Below are positions 53,644 through 64,000 of a DNA stretch of 64,000 bases, piece by piece. The position numbers and the translations under genes were made by a program. Position 1 is the stretch's first letter. Every line of letters begins with the position of its first letter. The notes beneath the pieces were generated by a model. The model was not told the origin of the DNA. It searched no databases and saw nothing but the letters and a program-made list of their open reading frames with translations. Origin of the DNA: Eledone cirrhosa (lineage: Eukaryota); contig OZ024740.1 of NCBI GenBank assembly GCA_964016885.1, positions 400,706,001 to 400,770,000 of the forward strand. The letters run 5' to 3'.

Positions 53644-53971
53644 ATATATATATATATGCGTGTGTGTGTGTGCATGTATATAAAGACACACATGTGTGTA
53701 AGCTTATATACATGATAGAGAGAGAAACTCCTATCATATCTTTATTCATATTGAAATACATTTTCTAACTCATATACACAATAGTATATTGTTACAATGA
53801 CAAAAAATTGATAGGATATATTCGTGTACGAACCATGCATAATACCATGGCTATCCAAACCATTCATTAGATGGGTATCAAAACTTACTTTTATATAATA
53901 CAAAAAGATAGCCATATAAGTGTATCTTTACATACATACATGACCACACACACACATATGTATATATGTAT

Positions 53972-54011
<40 letters not shown>

Positions 54012-54120
54012 GAGATTTGTCTTGATATATTTTCAGTTGTATGTGTCATGATCTATCTACCTCCACATATTTGTTTATATGTATGTATGTATGTATGCAT
54101 AGAACCCCCCTCCCCCGAAA

Positions 54121-54171
<51 letters not shown>

Positions 54172-54628
54172 CGGAAATCTTTCTGTGTGCAACACTTTGT
54201 ATATAAAAAAATAATGTAAAAAAACAAAACAATAGAAATCAACTAAAATATATCCGTAAAGAAGAAAGGACAAAAAGATCGAAATCTTCATATGACAAGT
54301 AGAAATTACAATGATTGTCCATGATGAAATTAATGATGAAGTTTGAAGAAGGTCGATTATAAAGACTTCGGAAAGAAATATCACTGCCCCTACAATATAA
54401 AAGACAAGCAAAAAAACAAAAACAAAAAAACAAATAACTAAAAAAACAACAACAACAAAAATACAAATGCATCAGCCATAAAAACAAAAACTACTTCAGG
54501 TTCCTATGGCACAATCATTTTAAATTTATCTACCTCACTGACATCATTTCCATGACAAGCCACTGTTGATAAAATTATCTGTCTGTTAGTAATAGCGTTC
54601 GTCGTTGTTTGCAGTAAAACTGCGTGGA

Positions 54629-54673
<45 letters not shown>

Positions 54674-54674
54674 T

Positions 54675-54800
<126 letters not shown>

Positions 54801-55189
54801 ATAGGTATGTAGATAGATAGAATTGCATGCTTTTTAGTATTGAATTTACATGAATAAACATTCTGATGGAGTAAGACAATAGTTACATCTGTCCGATTCG
54901 TACAAAGACTTGGCAGAAACTGTAGAACCGAAAGATCTTTATTCTCTTTACCGTCCGTGTTCGAAACCCTACGAGATCAATTTTGCTTTTCATTCTTTCT
55001 GAGAGGTGGAGTTAAATATATTTGTTAGATCTTGTACGAAATACCTTGTAGAATAAGCTCCGACTAAATGTGTTCTGATTCCAGGGATGGATGACATATG
55101 GTGCTCCATTTAAATCAACCAGTTCTTTGAGTGGGAGGAATTCGTTTACAAGCGTTCTGACCAGTGTAATTTCTACCCTTATAAAGTGG

Positions 55190-55220
<31 letters not shown>

Positions 55221-56323
55221 AATAGGAACCAGTAAGACCCCGACGGCTGAGCTCAAGCCGTTTCGACGGCTAATTCTGGACTGATATGTGTATATATATA
55301 TATATACGCAATTCACTACACTATATATATAGTGTAGCGAATTCCGTAGAATAATTTTATATCAAGGTTGGTGGAACACTCAGTTCGACGGCCGAGTTGT
55401 AATATAAGAAATTTGTTTAAATCCACAACATTTATATGTGTGTATATGTGGGTGTGTGCGTGTATGTGTGTGGTCGTTAGTTTCATTTCAAGCAAAACTA
55501 TTTCAGTATACCAGCTATTTGCTTTTTGTTTTATATATTACCCACTCTAACAAAACGCTGGCAATGTTTTGATTTTGTTGATGACAGGTATGGCATGGAA
55601 CTTAGTCCAAAATGAATTGAATTTCCAGCTCTGCACTTTACATGCATTACTTTGAATAGAAATGACAGCTGTTCTCGGGTGGAATTTAATAGAATTGTAT
55701 GCTTAAATATATCTCGTGTTGCTCTCCTGACATGCCCTAGCTTTAGTGAGAATAATAACTAGAGATATACATTTAATGTATTGAATGCTAGTGTTTTCAC
55801 GAAAGATCAAAGAAAACATGCTTCTCCCGTGCTGTACTCTGCATATTTGCATGACATTACAACGATTGTACATTATTATAGGGGTTCGTTTGGAGGGGAT
55901 GGAAAGGATATAAGCACATAACAACATGCGTGCCTACTATATAAATATCATGCATAAAAGTAAACATGACTACACACAAACAATTTACTCGTGTACTAAC
56001 TACAGACAACTACAGACATACCATGAATAGAGTTACCTTTACATCCATATATGTATGAGCAAATATCTTACATATTTACAAATACCTGTTGACACATGAA
56101 CAAATAGAATATGTTATCAGCCGTCTTGAATTTTGTAAAGTATTCAATAAATAAGTTTTAAAAAAAAAAGATATTTCTTTACATTCGAAATAGATATTAC
56201 TACCAACCTGATTTTGCCTAAATTTCAAATGATTTACCATGTTCTTTGGTAAGATACAAGCTAATATAGAGAAAGGAATTTGACAAATATACCAACTGTG
56301 CATGAATACAATATATGCACAGA

Positions 56324-56414
<91 letters not shown>

Positions 56415-57197
56415 GCATAGATTGAGAATTGGTTAAAATCATTATTATATTGTATTAAGAAAATTCTATTTTCTGGAGGATTATTTCAATATGTTCGTGT
56501 GCTGCTATATACGAAAGTCCATATTACAAGCTTATATACAATATATCAACTTTTAACTCCACGTTTGTGTGGCATCTAACACTCCCAAAACAAGAACTGG
56601 GGTGATTAGCCAGTATGTAGCATATTAATATTTTATTAGAAAGCATTACAATTACCTCAAGGACTATTGAAAAGATATCTTTCGAAATTTCTCACTGTGT
56701 ATGAATGCCACGTGTTTGTCACTGGGCTTTATAACTGTATTTTTCTTTTTTTTTTAAATTTATTTTTTGGTATATTTATTTTTATTTCATTTTTTACTTT
56801 GTTTTAGTGTGTGGCTAGCAGTATGTTGTTGCATGTGGATGAGTACAAAGAGGGTACTTGATAATATGCGAAAGATTGCACATGTGCCAAACAATATGCA
56901 ATCCTATAAACATACGCCTATAAAGTTATGTGTAAAGTGATTGTAACAAACTTTGATGATTTGTGCTTGTTGGATTATGGGTCTGCATTTGCATTTGTGG
57001 ACTTAATATGTATGACCTGATAGAATTTTATTTTTTAAATAAATGTAATTTATACAGAAATAATAGTAATAAATATAGATACAGTATAGATAGATGGATA
57101 GCTACACAGACACATTTATATATATATATATAGACATAAAAATATATTTATATAGGTATCTATCAATCTATCCATATACATATGTATATATATATAC

Positions 57198-57281
<84 letters not shown>

Positions 57282-57711
57282 CACTCTTATTTTACTTATA
57301 ACTGTTTTGCTGATATGTTTTGGGTTACTGTTTACCTTTTTCTATTTGTTGTTGATTTCGTTGCTGTTTTCTCCACGCTTTTTGTCTTGTGGCACATATT
57401 TATTCTTTTTATCTCATCGGTATCAACATCGTTCTAATATTTTACTTATTTTTCTGATTTTTTCCGTCCTCTTTTGTTATTTCATATTTTTACTATCTCG
57501 TCTCCACCCCTTAGGATATTTCTCCTCCCTGTGCTATTATTTTTTATCGGTCTTTCTTTTCCTTTTGTTTTCAGCTAACTGGGTTTATGATGTGACTCAT
57601 AAAACTATGCGTTGTAACAGTTCTTGGCATTCCGGTATAACACACCAGATGCGATTGGTTCACTTTAGCCCCTAATAACTGTCACGACTATTCACCACTT
57701 ATCATCTTCGA

Positions 57712-57748
<37 letters not shown>

Positions 57749-59236
57749 GTCATCATTATCATCATTATCATCATTATCATCATCATCATCATTTTATTAT
57801 TATTTGAAACTTCCTTTGAATTCTGCTTCTTTCCCATATCATGCCGAGTGTCAACCTGACACCTATTATTATTTTTAGTATTATTATTATTATACTTAAT
57901 ATAAGTTAGCTTGTTGTTATTGATATTATTGTTGTCATTCTTTACAAGTTATTTCTTTTTGTCACTTTTTTTCTGACGCGTTTCTGCTTTCTTTGTTCTT
58001 TTGCAAACACGATCTTAGTCTTCTTTAAAACATGCGCAAACACAAGGCTTCAGCGAAATGTACCGAAATATGCCCACATCCACATACCTGCTTCTATTTC
58101 CGTCGAGTCTTTCACTACAACAATTCTTCCCATATATATATAATGTGTGTATATAAAAATATATATATACATAAACATATCAATATACTCTTGTACCTGT
58201 CACAAAAGCTCTATGCATGTATGACCATGTCTAGACACCTTCACACACACATAAATATACACTAAAATACAAACACACGCAGAGATTCTTATAGGCTTAA
58301 CAAAACAGCAAATTTGATACATTCAAACCAAAGTACATAGACACTGAATAAACAGTATTTTTGTGGAATCCTATATGCATACACATACACTTTCACACAA
58401 CTGACCACCTTTCAAATCCTAAAATATATTAAAAGCAAACGCAGGACATGCCTTGTAGCATTAAATGAATAACTGCATATATATTCCTATATGATTATGT
58501 ATGCATATGTAAAATACAAATAAAATATTGTCATATGCACCAAATCTATCTCGTAGAGTCACACACACATGCATATATACATTTCTATAAGAATGTAGAG
58601 ACATTCCAAAACATGAATTATACATAAACCAAAACATGTCTGTTTACACACATACACATGCGTATGTAACTGTGTATGTAGAAGCATGTGTTAGTGCATG
58701 TGTATTTCGGGCACACGTGTAAATGTAGTTGCGCACGAATATATGCAATTACACACAAAATACAAACAAAATATTAGATGTGTGTTTATTTTCAACATCT
58801 CTCTCAACACATCTTCCCTAAGAGAGTATCCCCTGTAGGTATTATCAACGTTTCTGCCACCCTAAGCTCTAAAAGGATTCTTCTTATCTTTTTGCCAATT
58901 TCTGCTCCTTCTCATCTGCGCTACAAATGGCGGTTTATTAGTTTACCTAGCACCAAAAGAAATTGATTAAATGCAATTATGTAACCCAAATGAAACACCT
59001 TCATAACAGATAAACTATATCAATTTGCCAAAACGCTACAAGGAATCAGAATGGAACGTTATGTCTCTTTCTAGTTGTTTTATCATGCCATGCTTAAATA
59101 TTCGTTCTTTTACCATGAAAAAGGGAGGTTTCAGCATGCTTGTGATTCATATTTTATATTTTCATCCTTGTAATATTACATGTAAAGGTTCACCGAATCT
59201 ATACATATAAACATACACACACACACACACACACAC

Positions 59237-59280
<44 letters not shown>

Positions 59281-59311
59281 GTATATATATAAATATGTGT
59301 GTGTGTGTGTG

Positions 59312-59387
<76 letters not shown>

Positions 59388-60574
59388 TGTGCGTTTATGT
59401 ATATATATATATATATATGTACACGAAATAGTGTTAAGACAAACATTTTGCTTGCATTATTGCATTTATTACATTATACGTTTTTCAGTGGCATGGTTAG
59501 GTAATGGTTACATCATCAACTGGCACCAGTGCGACATCATCAAATATTAACACAATTATGTGAAGTGCTTATGATAGGATGTGTATATGTTGCAGGTAAA
59601 ACATGTTTTCATCCTGGTGTCGATCCAATATAGGAAGGAATTGTCTACTTATAATTACAGCGTCTAGGAATAAACCCCGCCCGATTCGCTGATGAGTGTT
59701 TTAGAAATTTGATGAACGGAACAGTTGGCTTATGAAATTAACGTGTACCCTTAATGTAATTCTCAGGAACATTCTGCATTGCTGACACTTTGAATTACAG
59801 GTACATTCTATCCAACTAATTTCCAAACAGTTTCCATCTACTTAATTTGATTCACAAAGCTAGAGTCGACTCCTCACTATGGTAAATAGTATCCTGGACC
59901 TAGTGATTGCTAAACGAACTATTTAACCATGTCTCGAGTTATAATAATTTAGCGTAATACTTCGACACAGATTTGGATTAAACGCTGCATTAATTGAAAG
60001 ACAGACAAGAGAAACATAATGAAGTAGAGGTATAGAATAAAAAAAAAAAAGAAAGGAATAGCGCAAGATATAATAACAGAAGCAGAGAAAGAGGGAAACT
60101 TGGATTGGAAGTTACTCATATAAATGATACAAGTGCGCGTTAAATTATTTTTCGCCTCTTATGCATTTAGTATCACAATATCTCCATTGAATATGTCTTA
60201 GACAGAATGGGAAAATTTGTGAAACAGGGAAATTCAAAATTCAAAATCTCAGGTGAAATTGTGGTAATAGCTTATATTAACTCGATAACATAGGTGGATA
60301 TAAGATGGGAAAGTTGTATAGCAAATAAAAGCAGAAAGTTTGCCAATATCCCAGCCTTAATCGTCAGATTAAACTGCAATGCAAAAAAGCTAAATGCTTT
60401 TCATCTGAAAATATATCAAATATAGTGCGTTTTATAAATATATATTTTCCTGAAGTGATTTAATGTTTTTCTAGTGAACACAGCCCGCTTAGTATATTTG
60501 AGGTATTTTCACATATACGCGAAAGAGATAGTATTCGTTAGCAATTTTTCGTAAAACCTGCCCTCAACGATAGG

Positions 60575-61330
60575 GAGCTACCTGCATTTTATCCACCATC
60601 ATCAACAGGCTGAAGAAAGGCTGGAGCTGTTCGGTGTGTGACAGATTCCATCACCTCTCTTGTGTCGGCGTGACACGTTGAACCTCCCCGAACAAGCTCT
60701 CAACTCGGAGATGCAGCAGCTGCGGTCACCCACCACAAGCCCGAACGATACAGCTTGCCTGTCCGACGTCCAACTCTCTCAATCGATATCGCTCGATTCA
60801 GACGACATCCCAAGGTCCCCCTTAAGGTCCCGAAATCAGTCGGGGTGCCAGTGGTCGGTGCCCTCGCAGCCTGAATCATCAAAGCCTTGGACGTTAATCT
60901 ATACAGTGATTGGTAGCGATTGTTATATTTCGCTCCACCCTTCCGCTGTCTCCCCAGTTCTGGAGCCCTCCAAGTTGGCTTGCCGACAGCGCCTCTGGTC
61001 AAGGCAACATTCTCGACCTTCGGGCAGATGCCTATACTCAGTGAGTCTGGACAGGCCGCACTCCATACATTCATGTGCCCACAGTCCTCCACCCCTGATG
61101 CCAGCACCATGTGATGTCTCGACTGCCGTCAGAATAGTCACTTCTGAGGACCCCATCCTTCACGCCATCGTGGCATAATCATCGTCTCTTCCTCAGTATT
61201 TGATTAGTTTGGGGCATCTGATACTTCGTTTCTTGAATAGATGATGCATTCCAATGGACCATATGTTCTAGCTAATGCCAGCATTGACAGTGCCGAATGC
61301 TCAGTATGCCCTGTTTGATGATGAACAGAC
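60575..61330. other. GC-rich island, probably an old TE fragment
   Basis: Abrupt GC increase; no recognisable protein motif. Confidence 0.3.
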
Positions 61331-62649
61331 ATTCACTCTGACTGTAGGATCTGCTGAGATAGCTTAAATTATTAGCTTAACTCATTGTATTCATTGTCCA
61401 AACAAAATTACAATACTAACAATTTGCCTACTAAATGTATTTTTCGTATATGATATAAGATTAGTCACGGAGACCACAATTGAATATTATAGTGTTTCTA
61501 CATTTACTAATGTCATAACAGGAAATATATGCAAATATCAATTAATTTTGTAGGAATAAAAAGTACCAACGTACATTTTATTTTGATATTAGAAACAATA
61601 TTAAAAGACACTGGCATGACCTCCAACTGGAATCACATCTTATATAGAGAGATTACTAATTATGACTCGGGTAATCACTAATCCATCACTCTGTAGATTC
61701 GTGATTTTAGTACCACCAATTGACTTGCTCCTTTTATTTCTCCTGAACCCTGGCTTATAATAATAAAACACCATACATTAGAATTAATTCAATGTAAATG
61801 TCACCTGTTAAGAGTTTCAAATCCCTGAGAAAAGACGGCATGAAACTTTAGATATTTCATTTTCTTCATCTTGCAGTATTTTAGCATAACCAAAGCAATT
61901 ATTACAAACTATTACAAGTATTTGAATCTTCGAAGTATAGTGAGTATCTTAAAAGACTATGAGACAGAGGATAGAGTCAACAGACAGGATTCTAGTGAGT
62001 ATATCTACGTATATTTTTATTTCCTCAACATCACATGTGTTATGAGAAAATACTTTTATGCTGAAAATGGAATAGGAATAAATAAATGCTATACAGCCAT
62101 GGCTTCAGCCCTCTCCTGACTCATCAATCTTCACAGTTTCCTTATTCTCATGATTTATATAATCTTCTGTTCTTTTTTCTGTTTTCTGTATCATACACTA
62201 TAGAATCTTTCTCAATAATTTTTTGTGTTTTACGGTTTAGCTCAATGCTATAAACACACCTCTTTTATTATATTCCTATTTAAAAATAAGAAATGGGTAG
62301 AAAAATCGCTCAATGTATCCATTAATGCCACCTTTTCTCTATATCATTTAATAATTTGGCGGTATATTTTTAAACAGTATTTTTCTAAAATTTTATTTCA
62401 AAACCAATTTTCTTTCGTTCTTTCTCATCTTAAATCTCGTCTACATTTCTTTTCATTAATATATTGCTTCCCTTTTTCACTATCCTTCTTTCTTTTCATG
62501 TATGCTTTCAATATTGTTTTCGTATATATTTTCTCCCCACACACATCCAGTTTCTTATTCGTAACGTTATATTTCTCTCCATTCCTTAACGATATTACTG
62601 CTGCTTTTATTTTACGTTCATTTTCCGCCCTATATATATGTATTATAAT

Positions 62650-63018
<369 letters not shown>

Positions 63019-63431
63019 ACTTATTTTTCGAGAGCAAAATGATCCTCATAAAGATAGTTTAAACGCCATAATTTTCTGCTTTGTAATAAACGAAACCATT
63101 AAACAGAAGATAAGTGTGATCTAGCTGATGTTTCTTAGCAGTGTAGTAATGATACTGATGCTCTTACGGCTGCTGCGCTCTGGTGCAATATTTCTGGTTT
63201 TCTTGTTTCTCTTTTTATTATTGTTATTGAGGTTATTTTCCTTGCTATTCCTTTTGCTACTCTCCTTGTTATAGTTGTTTATAAAATCTGAAAAATTCTC
63301 GTTAGAAAATTTTTTCATTGCAATTGCGTATACTCCTGCAGCACAGAATATAATGCATACGGTTTAACATCATATCACACAAACAAACAACCACACGCCC
63401 ACATACGCAGACACACACATTTACACACACC

Positions 63432-63462
<31 letters not shown>

Positions 63463-63814
63463 GTGTGTGTGTGTGTGTGTATATATATAAATATATATGT
63501 ATATATCCTTATATATATTTATATATACATGTATATATACATATATATATATATAATTTTTGTCAGCGTCACTCTCACTTTGATTCTTTGTGTAGTGACA
63601 GAAGTGTGAACGTGAGTGACTCAGTACGGGATTATATATATAAAACAACCTTTAGTGATAACTAGTCATTATGCTATTATGGACATGTCTCAAACGCAGT
63701 AATATCAGCCCGGTTATTACTATGAGTATAATAGATTTATTCACTCATCTTCTTTTTGGCAAATAAATGAAATCTCTATTACTCTTAGAATTATTATTAT
63801 GACTATTGATGAAA

Positions 63815-64000
63815 GATTGGCAGTATCGGTAGAGTGTCTGACGCCATGCTTTACAGCAAAGAGTTACGGCCCTTTATGATCTAAGTTCAAATCCCGCCAA
63901 AGGTTAACTTTGCCTTTAATCCTTACGAGGTCGATAAAATAAAGCACCAGTAATGTACTGGGATAATTGCTGGCCTTGTGCCAAAAGTAGAACAAATTAT
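63815..64000 (+). mobile_element. tRNA-derived SINE
   Basis: A and B boxes, central domain and tail as in the other copies. Confidence 0.85.

Overview
Very AT-rich, microsatellite-saturated eukaryotic DNA. The SINE types and (TA)n/(CA)n density suggest a cephalopod or octopus-like mollusc (inference). No host protein-coding gene could be identified, and nearly all listed ORFs are microsatellite artefacts. Recognisable coding remnants are all transposon-derived: a frameshifted CMC (Chapaev3-like) transposase, a 5'-inverted RTE LINE, a Penelope-like (PLE) GIY-YIG fragment, an R4/Dong-like LINE with restriction-like endonuclease, and older LINE scraps. There are also many tRNA-derived SINEs, a piggyBac-type MITE and a 4.5-kb minisatellite. 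The most interesting signal is a set of short non-coding elements embedded in (TA)n tracts. They have PLE-like inverted/tandem architecture and type I hammerhead ribozyme motifs. Several otherwise unrelated families share a covarying bulged hairpin (RCUC-stem-UY-GAGY), usually about 40-50 nt from the 3' end. One family carries a tRNA-like Pol III unit, and one encloses the transposase gene.
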